A stretch of 40,823 nucleotides of DNA from an uncultured Acidimicrobiia bacterium. Lineage in GTDB: Bacteria; Actinomycetota; Acidimicrobiia; Spongiisociales; JAOTWH01. The stretch spans positions 1 through 40,823 of the forward strand of contig CAYFYE010000008.1 in the NCBI GenBank assembly GCA_964347285.1. The letters run 5' to 3'. Positions 21,811-31,505 of this stretch are shown here, one piece after another (the stretch's first letter is position 1; each line of letters begins with the position of its first letter). The position numbers and the translations under genes were made by a program. The notes beneath the pieces were generated by a model, which made no database searches, was not told the DNA's origin, and saw only the letters and a list, made by a program, of their open reading frames with translations.

Positions 21811-23399
21811 TCGATCGATAGCCAGCGAAACTCGTGACCGTCCAGGAAGAGGCCGGACAGGTCTACCCGCTCCCCGGAGCGGACGTCGAGTGCCTGGGCC
21901 GCCTCCATGTCGAGAGGGCACGCCCGGCCATCTTTGGAGACGTTGGCCAGGACCAGCACCTTCTCATTGGAGTCGGCGCGTAGAAAGGCGAATATCGCCG
22001 GGTCGTCGACGGGGACGACCTCGAAGTCCCCGATGCCGAACACGGGATGGTGGCTTCGCACTGCGAGCAGGTCGCGGATCCAGTTCAGCAGTGATCCCTC
22101 ATCGCCTTGCTGAGTGGCCACGTTCACCTCTGCCGGCCGGTAGCCGTCCGTCGACACCAACGGCAAGAAGAGGTCGGCGGGATCTGCGGCAGAGAAGCCG
22201 GCGGTGGGAGAGTCATCCCACTGCATGGGGGTGCGAACCCCGTCGCGGTCGGGGAGGAGGTAGTTGTCTCCCATGCCGATCTCGTCCCCGTAGTACAGGA
22301 TCGGGCTTCCGGGAAGGGACAACAGCAAGCCGTGAAGGAGCTCGATGGCCGGCCGATGCCCGCCCAACAGGGGAGCGAGCCGGCGCCGGATGCCGAAGTT
22401 GAGCCGCATCCGGCGGTCGGGGGCGTACTCGTCCCACATGTACTGGCGCTCTTCCTCGGTCACCATCTCCAGGGTCAACTCGTCGTGATTGCGCAGGAAG
22501 ATGGCCCACTGGCCACCATCGGGGATCGGCGGGGTGCTGGCCAGAATCGCGGTGAGCTTGTCGACGTCTTGCCGCCGCAGTGACATGAACAGACGGGGCA
22601 TGACCGGGAAGTGGTAGCACATGTGACATTCGTCCCCCTCGCCGAAGTAGGCGACCACGTCCTTGGGAGGCTGGTTGGCCTCGGCCAGCAGCACGGCATC
22701 GGGGAACTCGGCGTCGACGACTGCCCGGATCTCTTTGATCATGTCGTGCGTCTCCGGCAGGTTCTCGCAATTCGTTCCCTCCCTCTCGATGAGGTAGGGA
22801 ATGGCGTCTAGGCGCAGGCCGTCGAAGCCCAGGCCAAGCCAGAACCGGACGATGTCGAGCACCTCGGCCCGTACCTCAGGGTTGTCGAAGTTGAGGTCGG
22901 GCTGGTGGCCGTAGAAGCGGTGCCAGTAGTAGGCCCCCGCCTCTTCATCCCAGCTCCAATTGGAGGACTCGGTGTCGATGAAGATGATGCGGGCGTCGGC
23001 AAATCGCTGGTCGGTCTCGCTCCACACGTACCAGTCCCGCTTGGGGGAACCGGGGTGACGAGCCTCCTGGAACCAGGGGTGGTCGCTGGAGGTGTGGTTG
23101 ACCACCAGGTCGCCGATCACCCGCATGCCTCGGCGGTGCACCTCTTCGACCAAGCGGCGCACATCCTCGAGGGTGCCGAATTCGGGAAGCACTCCTCGGT
23201 AGTCGGAGATGTCGTACCCGCCGTCGCGCAGCGGCGACGGGAAGAAGGGGAGGAGCCACAGGCAATCGACTCCCAGCCACTGGAGGTAGTCGAGCTTCGA
23301 GATGAGCCCGATGAAGTCACCCCGCCCGTCGCCATTGCCGTCCGAGAAGGAGCGGACCGGGACTTCATAGAAGACCGCAGTCCTGTACCAGGGTGTCAC
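21807..23399 (-). CDS. treS: Trehalose synthase / maltose alpha-D-glucosyltransferase (GH13)
   Basis: [13 protein letters not shown] nucleophile, [25 protein letters not shown]. Confidence 0.93.
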   Translation of the reverse strand: MTPWYRTAVFYEVPVRSFSDGNGDGRGDFIGLISKLDYLQWLGVDCLWLLPFFPSPLRDGGYDISDYRGVLPEFGTLEDVRRLVEEVHRRGMRVIGDLVVNHTSSDHPWFQEARHPGSPKRDWYVWSETDQRFADARIIFIDTESSNWSWDEEAGAYYWHRFYGHQPDLNFDNPEVRAEVLDIVRFWLGLGFDGLRLDAIPYLIEREGTNCENLPETHDMIKEIRAVVDAEFPDAVLLAEANQPPKDVVAYFGEGDECHMCYHFPVMPRLFMSLRRQDVDKLTAILASTPPIPDGGQWAIFLRNHDELTLEMVTEEERQYMWDEYAPDRRMRLNFGIRRRLAPLLGGHRPAIELLHGLLLSLPGSPILYYGDEIGMGDNYLLPDRDGVRTPMQWDDSPTAGFSAADPADLFLPLVSTDGYRPAEVNVATQQGDEGSLLNWIRDLLAVRSHHPVFGIGDFEVVPVDDPAIFAFLRADSNEKVLVLANVSKDGRACPLDMEAAQALDVRSGERVDLSGLFLDGHEFRWLSID

Positions 23400-23437
23400 G
23401 GCGCTTTTTTAGCCGGGCCGAGACCCAGAACGCGGTA

Positions 23438-24346
23438 TCAACCGCCCGCCATGTCGACCGCCACCGCTTCGGCGAGGGGTTCGCGCTCGACGATTCCTCG
23501 CAGGCTCAAGATGAGGATTCCGACGAGCACCACCAGAACCCCAAGCCACTGGATCAACGAAAGCTGCTCGGTGAAGATGAGGTAGGCCCAGATGATTGCC
23601 GCCGCCGGCTGTATCAGGAGGAGGACCGATGTGTCGAGGGCGGGAAGCCTGGGCAGGGCTACTGCGATGAGCAGCCAACCTGCGGTCTGGGCGACGACGG
23701 CCAGGGCCACCAGCCATCCATGGGCCGGCCAGGCGGGGGAGAGGGCCAACTCTCCGAACAGGGCGCCCAACACCAGGCTGCCGAGGACGGCGCCGGCGGT
23801 GGCATCGAGCAGCGGTCCGGACGTGGGAGCGAGGTGGCGACGGTTGGAGGCCCGAAAGACGAGCAGGAAGGTTCCGTAGGCGATCCCGGCCAGCAAACCG
23901 AGCAAGGCCCCCCGCACCGGGTCCGATCCGTAGCTGTCGCTCCTGCCGAGGCCGGAGATCAGGGCCACGCCGGCGAACACCAGGGGGACCACGACGAACG
24001 CGGCCCGGGAAGGGCGCTCCCGGTGCAGTATCCAGGCGGCGATGCCGACGAACACCACCTGGGTGCTGGCAAGGACTGTGGCCAATCCGGCCCCGATCAG
24101 GGCAATCGAATGGTGAAACACGGTCAGGTCGAAGGCGAGCAGGACTCCGGAGGCGAAGGCGAGAAGACGAGCCGGACCGCTGCGTCTATCCCGGCTGCGC
24201 ACGGCCAGCCACGCCAGGCCGAGGAAGGGGAGGGCGTAGAGCACCCGGAACAGCGTGGCCGTGTCGGGACTGACGTCGGCCAACCGTACGAAGATGGCGG
24301 AGAACGAGATGCACAGGACTCCGGCCAGGGCGGTCAGGCGAGTCAT
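23438..24346 (-). CDS. DMT (EamA) family transporter
   Basis: About 10 hydrophobic helices in two EamA-like halves; ISFSAIFVR N-terminus. Confidence 0.88.
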   Translation of the reverse strand: MTRLTALAGVLCISFSAIFVRLADVSPDTATLFRVLYALPFLGLAWLAVRSRDRRSGPARLLAFASGVLLAFDLTVFHHSIALIGAGLATVLASTQVVFVGIAAWILHRERPSRAAFVVVPLVFAGVALISGLGRSDSYGSDPVRGALLGLLAGIAYGTFLLVFRASNRRHLAPTSGPLLDATAGAVLGSLVLGALFGELALSPAWPAHGWLVALAVVAQTAGWLLIAVALPRLPALDTSVLLLIQPAAAIIWAYLIFTEQLSLIQWLGVLVVLVGILILSLRGIVEREPLAEAVAVDMAGG

Positions 24347-24488
24347 TGGCGGATCTGAGCAAGCACGACGGGAGCTTAGGGACCGGGGCGGCGACCGCCG
24401 GACGATCGTGTCGCGTCGCTTTGCTGCCGCGTTCGCCGTCCTGAGCGCCGCTCGATGGTAGGCCTTCCGGGGCTCCGGGTCGCCCGGG

Positions 24489-24561
24489 TGCCCCCGGCAG
24501 GATTCGAACCTGCGACACCCGGTTTAGGAAACCGGTGCTCTATCCCCTGAGCTACGAGGGC
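24489..24561 (-). tRNA. tRNA-Arg (anticodon CCT)
   Basis: Reverse complement GCCCTCG...CCGGT-TTCCTAA-ACCGG...GGTTCGAATCC...CGGGGGCA forms a full cloverleaf. Confidence 0.95.
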
Positions 24562-24659
24562 GCGACCACCGATTCTATGGAGCCGACCCGGCGATGCCGA
24601 TTCTGTTTCGCGGTGGCCGGCTTCGACCGGCTATGAGCCGATCAGAGCGTCCTCGTTTC

Positions 24660-24688
24660 GGAGCCGGCGCGCCTGCGGCGCCGGCTCC
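24660..24688 (-). terminator. Perfect 11-bp hairpin downstream of the small ORF
   Basis: GGAGCCGGCGC (24660-24670) / GCGCCGGCTCC (24678-24688); no clear U-tract. Confidence 0.5.
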
Positions 24689-24709
24689 CTGACCTGATTG
24701 CTGAGCTGA

Positions 24710-24859
24710 TCAAGCCGCTCGGTCGAGCGGCTCGGGCTCTGACTCGGCGGATTGATCGTCGAGGACATCCTCGGGACGATCCGGATCCAGTACCGCCAGC
24801 ACCACCAGCGCCAGGATCGTGACAATCACAAAAAGCTGCGCAGTGTCTAAGAGCCACAT
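24710..24859 (-). CDS. Small membrane protein (49 aa), absent from the ORF track
   Basis: MWLLDTAQLFVIVTILALVVLAVLDPDRPEDVLDDQSAESEPEPLDRAA; SD GAGG 5 nt before ATG; TM helix plus acidic tail; upstream promoter and downstream hairpin. Confidence 0.6.
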   Translation of the reverse strand: MWLLDTAQLFVIVTILALVVLAVLDPDRPEDVLDDQSAESEPEPLDRAA

Positions 24860-24934
24860 ACCGACCTCTTCGATGGGGTCACCACACCCAGCCTGGCAAT
24901 TCTGCTTCCAGAGCCGGGGATTTCCGCATTTCGT

Positions 24935-24962
24935 ACATCGGACCGGTGCTCGTCGGTCTTGA
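24935..24962 (-). promoter_or_regulatory. Sigma-28 (FliA/WhiG)-like promoter for the small ORF
   Basis: Minus strand TCAA-N16-TCCGATGT vs consensus TAAA-N15-GCCGATAA. Confidence 0.4.
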
Positions 24963-25211
24963 CCGGTCCATTCGCTTCGTCACGCCCGAAAGCTATGGAG
25001 CTTCGACCTAAGCAATCGTTAGGAGCGCCATAAGTTCGGTTTTCGGCTGCTCGCCGCCCGCCGGCTCCCCATTTCTACGCACGGTCCCGCCCGGTCCTCC
25101 GCCGACGTTTTTTCGCGCTCTGAGGTACCAGGACTCGGCGGCTGATCCGATCCCGTCGCCCGGGTGAGGAACGGGAACGCCGGCCGCTCGCGCGCCGGGT
25201 AGCGACGTCCT

Positions 25212-25238
25212 TCAGGAAGCCGGTTTTCGGGCCGATGA
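25212..25238 (+). promoter_or_regulatory. Sigma-28 (FliA/WhiG)-like promoter for the sensor kinase
   Basis: TCAG-N15-GCCGATGA. Confidence 0.5.
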
Positions 25239-25320
25239 GCACCTCAAGAGACCCTTTTTGCGTCCAGGAGGCCCGCCTATCAAGCTGCCGGCACCGCCTG
25301 CGCTGCACAAGGAGCGCTTG

Positions 25321-27681
25321 ATGCGCTTCGAACCGCTCCTGGCCCTGATAGCCGCTCTCCAGGGCCTGGTAGTGATGGCCATTGCGGACGGCGGTGTCCT
25401 CCTCTGGGCGGCCATGGCCCTCCTAGGAGGACTGGGCGCCCTGGGGTTGGCCACTCCCGGAAACACCCGGATGGCGATCGTACGGTCGGTGCTCGTGCCG
25501 CTGGCAGTGGCGGCCGCGGCAGCTTCATCGGGAGGGTTTCCGAGTTCGATGACCTTGTGGCTGGTGGTGACCGGCCTCCTGTATCCGGCGGTGCTGGCCC
25601 ACAGGTGGGCCTGGCTCTATCCGGTGTGGGCGTCCCTCGTCTACCTGTCCCTGGCAATCGTGCCCAGCCCGGTGTCCTTCGCCGAAGCCATGGCGCGTGT
25701 GGCCATCCTCGCCATCGGCGGCTATCTGACGTGGGGCCTTGGTTCGTCGACGACGCTTCTAGCCGGCGAACGGGCTCGTGCCGAATCGGAGCTGCGGGCC
25801 GCTCAGGGGCGTTTCCAGGTTGCCTTCGCCAACTCCTCGAGCGGTATGGCGATGATCGAGTTGGGAGGCAGGATCAACCAGGCCAACCAGGCGCTTTCAG
25901 ACTTCTTGGGCACTTCCATGGACGATCTGGAGGGGGCCGATTGGATGCAGTACATCCACCCCGACGATCAAGGCCGCGTCGAAATCCTGACGGAGAAGTT
26001 GAAGAACGCCGACATATGGAGCTTCCAGGAGGAAATCCGATGCCTGCATCCCGGCGGCAGGTTGGTGTGGGGACTGATCGGAGCGGCACTCGTCACCGAT
26101 GAGGAGGGGGATCCGCTCTACCTCTTCGCCCACTTCCAGGACATCACCAGCCGGGTGGCCACCGAGGTCAGCCTGCGCACCAACGAAGAGCACTACCGCA
26201 ACCTCTTCGGCCGCTCGCCGATCCCAATCTGGGAGGCCGACTACACGGAAGTGGGTGAGTGGCTCGAGGGGCTGCGCAGCTCGGGTATCCAGGATCTGCG
26301 GGCTCACCTCAACATGCGTCACGACTTGGTCCGCTACGGTCTCCAACTGATCCGGTTGCGCGATGTGAACGAAGCTGCGCTTGCCCTGGTCGAGGCGAAG
26401 ACCGGCGAGGAGTTCCGCCGGGCTTCACCACTCAATGTTGTCACCGAGGGCACCGTCGATGCCTTCATCGACCAATTCGTGGCGATCTGGAGGGGTCGGG
26501 ATCGGGTGCAGGGCAGCGTCACATCCCGTTCTTTGCGCGGGAAATCCATCGAGGGGATCCTCCATTGGGTGGCACCCGTGCTGGACGGTGAGAGGGGCCT
26601 GGCCAAGGTCGTGCTGGCCTTCGCCGACTTCACCGAGAGCCGTCGGGCCGAAGAGGCCCTGCATCGCATCGAGGAGAGACTCCGGGCCGTGGTCTCGGCG
26701 GCCCCGATCTTCCTGTTTGCCCTCGACCGGCACGGCACGATCACGCTCAGTGAGGGCCAGGCGCTACGCTCCCTCGGTCTGGCCTCCGGTGAGGCGGTGG
26801 GCCGCTCCTCTTTCGAGCTGTTCCGAGATTCGGCGGACATGATCACCTCGGTACGTCGCGCTCTCAACGGTGAATCCTTCACGACCGCCATAGAGGTCCG
26901 CGGGGCCGTCTTCGACGCTCGGTTTGCCCCGATCTGGGATCGGGGACAGGTATCGGGCGTGATCGGCGTTGCCAACGACGTCACCGAGCGCACCAGGGCC
27001 AGCGAGCGGCTCGAGCAACTGGTTCGGTCGAAGGACCAGTTCGTCGCCAGCGTGAGCCACGAACTACGCACTCCCCTCACCGCAGTCGTCGGTTTCGCCC
27101 AGGAACTGCGCGACGGCCTCCAAGAGTTCTCCCGTGAAGAGCTGGATGTGCTGGTCCGCCTCATCGCCGAGCAGTCGATCGAGGTGGCCGACCTCGTCGA
27201 GGATCTGCTGGTGGCGGCCCGGGCCGACGTTGATTCGGTGGCCGTAGCGGCCGAGTCGGTGGAGTTCTGGGAGCAACTGGAGCTGGTGTTGCTCGCCTGG
27301 CCGACCGAACATGCCGATCGAGTGGATCTCGTCGGCGAGCCGACCAAGGTGTACGCCGACCCCATCCGTCTCCGTCAGATCCTCCGCAACCTGCTGTCAA
27401 ATGCCCAGCGCTATGGAGGCGATCGGATCGAGGTCAGGGTCATCGACGAGGGCGACGAGGTGCGGATTCAGGTGCGCGACGACGGCGAAGGTATCCCCCG
27501 GCGCGATCGAGACAAGGTCTTCGAACCCTACTTCCGGGCCCACGAAACCGGCGGCAAGGCTTCCTCGGTGGGCTTGGGGCTCACCGTTTCCCGCCAGCTG
27601 GCCCGTTTGATGGACGGCGAGCTGAGTTATCGCTACGAGGAAGGCTGGAGCATCTTCGAGCTGGCGCTGCCCTCGAACTGA
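25321..27681 (+). CDS. Membrane-bound multi-PAS sensor histidine kinase (orphan)
   Basis: N-terminal TM bundle, three PAS-like segments (IHPDD, DITSR, DVTER), H-box SHELRTPL, N-box NLLSNA, G-boxes DDGEG/GLGL; SD AAGGAG before ATG 25321. Confidence 0.92.
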   Translation: MRFEPLLALIAALQGLVVMAIADGGVLLWAAMALLGGLGALGLATPGNTRMAIVRSVLVPLAVAAAAASSGGFPSSMTLWLVVTGLLYPAVLAHRWAWLYPVWASLVYLSLAIVPSPVSFAEAMARVAILAIGGYLTWGLGSSTTLLAGERARAESELRAAQGRFQVAFANSSSGMAMIELGGRINQANQALSDFLGTSMDDLEGADWMQYIHPDDQGRVEILTEKLKNADIWSFQEEIRCLHPGGRLVWGLIGAALVTDEEGDPLYLFAHFQDITSRVATEVSLRTNEEHYRNLFGRSPIPIWEADYTEVGEWLEGLRSSGIQDLRAHLNMRHDLVRYGLQLIRLRDVNEAALALVEAKTGEEFRRASPLNVVTEGTVDAFIDQFVAIWRGRDRVQGSVTSRSLRGKSIEGILHWVAPVLDGERGLAKVVLAFADFTESRRAEEALHRIEERLRAVVSAAPIFLFALDRHGTITLSEGQALRSLGLASGEAVGRSSFELFRDSADMITSVRRALNGESFTTAIEVRGAVFDARFAPIWDRGQVSGVIGVANDVTERTRASERLEQLVRSKDQFVASVSHELRTPLTAVVGFAQELRDGLQEFSREELDVLVRLIAEQSIEVADLVEDLLVAARADVDSVAVAAESVEFWEQLELVLLAWPTEHADRVDLVGEPTKVYADPIRLRQILRNLLSNAQRYGGDRIEVRVIDEGDEVRIQVRDDGEGIPRRDRDKVFEPYFRAHETGGKASSVGLGLTVSRQLARLMDGELSYRYEEGWSIFELALPSN

Positions 27682-27687
27682 TTCGCC

Positions 27688-30111
27688 TCATCGGTCGTCG
27701 GGGGGTTTCGACCATCGCCGGATATCGACACTTTTTCGCAACCAGTCCCAGCGACCCGGCTCGGCCAGCAATTCGGGGACGTGCTGGGCCCAACCGACGG
27801 CACGGAGGGCGGCATACATCACCGTTCCGGTGATGGCCACGATGCCGATGGCGCTGAGGACGATTGCCGGGCGGGGCAGGTCGAGCTCGAAGAACTCTCT
27901 GCCTCCCGGCGTCGCCAGCACCAACAGGAACAGGCCGGTCATTCCGGAGACGAGCCATTTGCGGGCCGTCGTCAGTGGCCGACTCACGGTCACCAAGGCA
28001 AACAGGCCCACGGCGGCGAGGACCATCGTCGCCGTGGTCCGGGCCTCTACTAGCGAGGCACCTTCAGAGCGGGCCAACTCGTAGGCTGCGAAGGTTGCCG
28101 CGGCCGCTACCGCACCGGTGGGGAGAGCGAAGCGAAGCACACGTCCCACGAATCCCGTCACCGCCCGCCGTACCGACGGCTCCAGGGCCAGCACGAAAGC
28201 GGGGATGCCGATCGTCACGCTGCCGACCAGGGTGAGGTGACGGGGCACGAACGGAAATGGGCGGCCGATGATGCCCACGGCGACGGCCAGGAGGAAGGCG
28301 TAGACCGTCTTGGTGACGAAGAGGTTGGCCACTCGCTCGATGTTGGCAATGACTCTGCGGCCTTCCCCCACCACCGCCGGCAGGGAATCGAATGCCCCGT
28401 CGAGCAGGACGAGCTGGGCCACTGCTCGCGACGCCGAACTTCCCGAGCCCATGGCGATGCCGATGTCGGAGTCCTTCAGGGCCAGCACATCGTTGACCCC
28501 ATCACCGGTCATGGCGACGACGTGTCCCCGATTCTGTAGGGCGGCCACCATCTTCCGCTTTTGGTGTGGGCTGATTCGACCGAACACGGTGTGCGATTCC
28601 AGGGCCTCCGCCAACTCCTGCGGGTCTTCAGGGAGGCTGCCACCGTCGATCGCCCGCTCGGCCCCCGACATGCCGGCCCGTCGGGCGATCGCCGACACGG
28701 TGGCCGGATGGTCGCCGGAGATGACTTTGGCGTGCACTCCCTGATCGGCGAAGTAGCGGAGCGTGTCCGCCACATCGGCGCGAATGCGGTCTCCGAGGAT
28801 CACCAACCCCGCCGTTTGCAGTGGTGTGGGGAGCCGGCCCCCGTCGAGGGCTCGGTTCGTCCAGCCCACCGCCAGCACCCGACGACCGTCGGCCGCTTCC
28901 TTTTCGGCCCGGGCGACCATGTGCGGTGGCACGCCGATGGCATCGGGGGCGCCGAGCACCCAGGTGCCCCTGCCGGGAAAGGACGCGCCACTCCAACGGC
29001 GGACGGAAGAGAACGGCACGAGTTCTCGTGGCTCCCACCCGGGCGGTGCCGGATAGGCCTCGGCGAGGGCGCGCAGGGTGGCATTGGGGGTGGGATCGGC
29101 CGCCGCCAGTGCTCCCAGAGGCTCGACCGGATCCGCTCCGGACTCCGTCGTGATGAGGTCTTCCACCACCAGCCGGCCTTCGGTGAGGGTGCCGGTCTTG
29201 TCGAAGCAGACCACGTCCACCCGGGCTAGCACCTCGATCGCCGGAAGCTCCTGGACCAGTGTCTTGCGGCGACCGAGTCGGACCACACCGACGGCGAAGG
29301 CGATCGACGTGAGCAAGACCAATCCCTGGGGCACCATGCCCACCGCACCGGCCACTGCGCCCCGCAGCCCCTCCTTGACGCTGTCGGTGGCCTCCAGCTG
29401 GCTCCATACCAACAAGGCGACGGTGGGGGGGATCAGCCAGCCGACGATGGCGAGGATGACATCGATGCCGCGCCGGAGTTCTGATTTGACGAGGGTGAAC
29501 TTGCGGGCCTCTTCGGCGAGGGACACGGCGTAGGCATCACGGCCGACCTTGGTGGCCCGAAACAACCCCGATCCGGCCACGACGAAGCTTCCCGACAGGC
29601 AGTTGTCGCCGGGTTGCTTGAGTACCGGATCGGATTCACCGGTGAGCAACGACTCGTTTATCTCGAGCCCCTGTGCGGTGAGCACCTCGCCGTCCACGAC
29701 CACCTGGTCTCCGGGCTCGAGGCGGAGAACGTCGTCGAGCACCACCTCGCCTACTGCCAAATCCATCACCCGGCCCTGCCGCAGCACTCTGGCCCTGGGG
29801 GCGCTCAGCAAAGCCAGGCGGTCGAGGGTCCGCTTGGCCCTCAGCTCCTGGACGATTCCGATCGCGGTGTTGACGACGAGTACGACTGCGAACAAGGCGT
29901 CCTGGATGGGGGCCACCAACACCACCACGATCAACAGGATCGACAGCAAGAGGTTGAAGCGGGTGATGATGTTGGCCCGCAGGATGTCGCCGACGGTGCG
30001 GCTGGGCCCGCTGGGGATGGCGTTGACTTGGCCGCGCTCGATGCGTTGCGCGACCTCTTCGGCGGTGAGCCCGCCGATTCCCTCCTGCGCCAAGACCGTC
30101 TCGCCGGTCAT
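27688..30111 (-). CDS. P-type ATPase, HAD-IC family (CtpE-like)
   Basis: TGES, DKTGT, SGD, GDGVND; TM4 motif reads PQGL. Confidence 0.93.
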   Translation of the reverse strand: MTGETVLAQEGIGGLTAEEVAQRIERGQVNAIPSGPSRTVGDILRANIITRFNLLLSILLIVVVLVAPIQDALFAVVLVVNTAIGIVQELRAKRTLDRLALLSAPRARVLRQGRVMDLAVGEVVLDDVLRLEPGDQVVVDGEVLTAQGLEINESLLTGESDPVLKQPGDNCLSGSFVVAGSGLFRATKVGRDAYAVSLAEEARKFTLVKSELRRGIDVILAIVGWLIPPTVALLVWSQLEATDSVKEGLRGAVAGAVGMVPQGLVLLTSIAFAVGVVRLGRRKTLVQELPAIEVLARVDVVCFDKTGTLTEGRLVVEDLITTESGADPVEPLGALAAADPTPNATLRALAEAYPAPPGWEPRELVPFSSVRRWSGASFPGRGTWVLGAPDAIGVPPHMVARAEKEAADGRRVLAVGWTNRALDGGRLPTPLQTAGLVILGDRIRADVADTLRYFADQGVHAKVISGDHPATVSAIARRAGMSGAERAIDGGSLPEDPQELAEALESHTVFGRISPHQKRKMVAALQNRGHVVAMTGDGVNDVLALKDSDIGIAMGSGSSASRAVAQLVLLDGAFDSLPAVVGEGRRVIANIERVANLFVTKTVYAFLLAVAVGIIGRPFPFVPRHLTLVGSVTIGIPAFVLALEPSVRRAVTGFVGRVLRFALPTGAVAAAATFAAYELARSEGASLVEARTTATMVLAAVGLFALVTVSRPLTTARKWLVSGMTGLFLLVLATPGGREFFELDLPRPAIVLSAIGIVAITGTVMYAALRAVGWAQHVPELLAEPGRWDWLRKSVDIRRWSKPPDDR

Positions 30112-30169
30112 GGCGCCAGGCTACCGGCCGACACCCGCGGCGCATCGAGCGGTCGATAGGCTGGCCGGC

Positions 30170-31021
30170 ATGGAGTTCAGCCCGCTGGGGATCGTCGGAG
30201 CCGGACAGATGGGCGCCGGGATCGCCGAGGTATGCGCCCGGGCCGGCTACGACGTGACCGTCTGCGATGTCGATGAGGCGGCGCTGGCCCGGGGCCGGGG
30301 CGCCGTCGAACGCTCGCTGGCCAAGGCGGTAGAGCGCGGCAAGATCGAAGCCGAGGCGGGTGAGGAGGCGTTGGCTCGCATCGTCGGCACCACCGACCTC
30401 GAGGCGCTGGCCCCAAGCCGGTTGGTGATCGAGGCGGTCACCGAGGATGAAGCGCTCAAGCTGCAGTTGTTTGCGGACTTGAGCCGGCTGGTCGGGGAAG
30501 AGGCCATCCTCGCCTCGAACACTTCCTCTATTCCGATCGTGAGGTTGGCGGGGGCGGCCGTGGGGCCGGGACGGGTCATCGGTCTCCACTTCTTCAACCC
30601 GGCCCCGATCATGCTGCTGGTCGAGATCATTCCATCTCTGCTCACCGACGAGGCCACCGTCGAAGCCGCCGCTCGCTTCGTGAGTGCCATCGGCAAAGAA
30701 GGGGTGCGGGCCCCGGATCGGGCCGGCTTCATCGTCAACGCCATCCTGCTTCCGATGCTGGTGGACGCGGCCAGGATGGTGGACGAGGGTGGCGCCCGTG
30801 CCGAGGATGTCGACAAGGCGCTCACCCTGGGGGCCGGGTGGCCCATGGGCCCACTGGCTCTGGCCGATCTGGTGGGTATCGACACGGTCGTGGCGGTGTG
30901 CGACGTTCTCTATCAGGAGTTCAAGGAGCACCGCTTCGCCGTGCCCCCGTTGCTACGGCGCATGGTTGAGGCGGGACGTCTGGGGCGCAAGGCCGGCCGG
31001 GGCTTCTACAACTACGACTGA
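30170..31021 (+). CDS. 3-hydroxybutyryl-CoA / 3-hydroxyacyl-CoA dehydrogenase
   Basis: GAGQMGAG Rossmann, SNTSS, HFFNP, GFIVN, PMGP, GRKAGRGFY; start ATG 30170. Confidence 0.93.
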   Translation: MEFSPLGIVGAGQMGAGIAEVCARAGYDVTVCDVDEAALARGRGAVERSLAKAVERGKIEAEAGEEALARIVGTTDLEALAPSRLVIEAVTEDEALKLQLFADLSRLVGEEAILASNTSSIPIVRLAGAAVGPGRVIGLHFFNPAPIMLLVEIIPSLLTDEATVEAAARFVSAIGKEGVRAPDRAGFIVNAILLPMLVDAARMVDEGGARAEDVDKALTLGAGWPMGPLALADLVGIDTVVAVCDVLYQEFKEHRFAVPPLLRRMVEAGRLGRKAGRGFYNYD

Positions 31022-31027
31022 GCCCGA

Positions 31028-31447
31028 TCAGTCGGCGGGTCGGGCACCGTTGCTCTCGAGGACCCTGGCCAGGGCGTCCTTCTTCACCAATCCGGACGCT
31101 CTCCAGCGCGGAGTGACGGCGCTCCGGCCCCGGGGAGACTCCGGGCGCCGGCGTTTCCTCGAGGCCTTCTTGGTGGGGGCGCCTCCGAGCACCACGAAGG
31201 TGGGGGTGGCCCTGATCCCGAAAGACTGCACCGCTCCGGGCACGTGAGCGACGTTGACCTTGACGACGTGGGCGGAGTCGCGGTACTCGTCGGCGAGTTC
31301 GTTGACGATCCCATCCATCACCTTGCAAGACGCGCAGCCGAACCGGTAGAAGTCGATCAGGACCGGCCGGCCCGACTCGAGCATGGGGGTCAGCTCGTCG
31401 AGACTGCGCAGGCTGGTCGGCTTGGTCCGCTTGCGTCGTCCGAACAT
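31028..31447 (-). CDS. Thioredoxin-family protein (CASC) with basic insert
   Basis: PVLIDF..FGCASC, VKVNV, IRATPT cis-Pro loop; only the last 139 aa of the 825-aa track ORF; SD GAGG before ATG 31447. Confidence 0.85.
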   Translation of the reverse strand: MFGRRKRTKPTSLRSLDELTPMLESGRPVLIDFYRFGCASCKVMDGIVNELADEYRDSAHVVKVNVAHVPGAVQSFGIRATPTFVVLGGAPTKKASRKRRRPESPRGRSAVTPRWRASGLVKKDALARVLESNGARPAD

Positions 31448-31505
31448 TGCTTCCTCGCGTGGCGATTCAACAACGCAGAGCGCCGGCCGGATGTTCCCGG
31501 CCCGG

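Noticed and set aside
24489..24561. tRNA-Arg and tRNA-Thr as island integration sites
   Set aside because: No integrase or duplicated tRNA 3' end seen near either
24960..25045. Possible c-di-GMP-I riboswitch (AAAGCTATGG...GACCTAAG resemblance)
   Set aside because: Lacks the upstream GGCAAA element and GAAA-tetraloop P2 stem; kept only as a generic hairpin
29549..30169. N-terminal extension of the hydroxyacyl-CoA dehydrogenase ORF
   Set aside because: Overlaps the P-type ATPase on the other strand; the Rossmann motif starts just after ATG 30170
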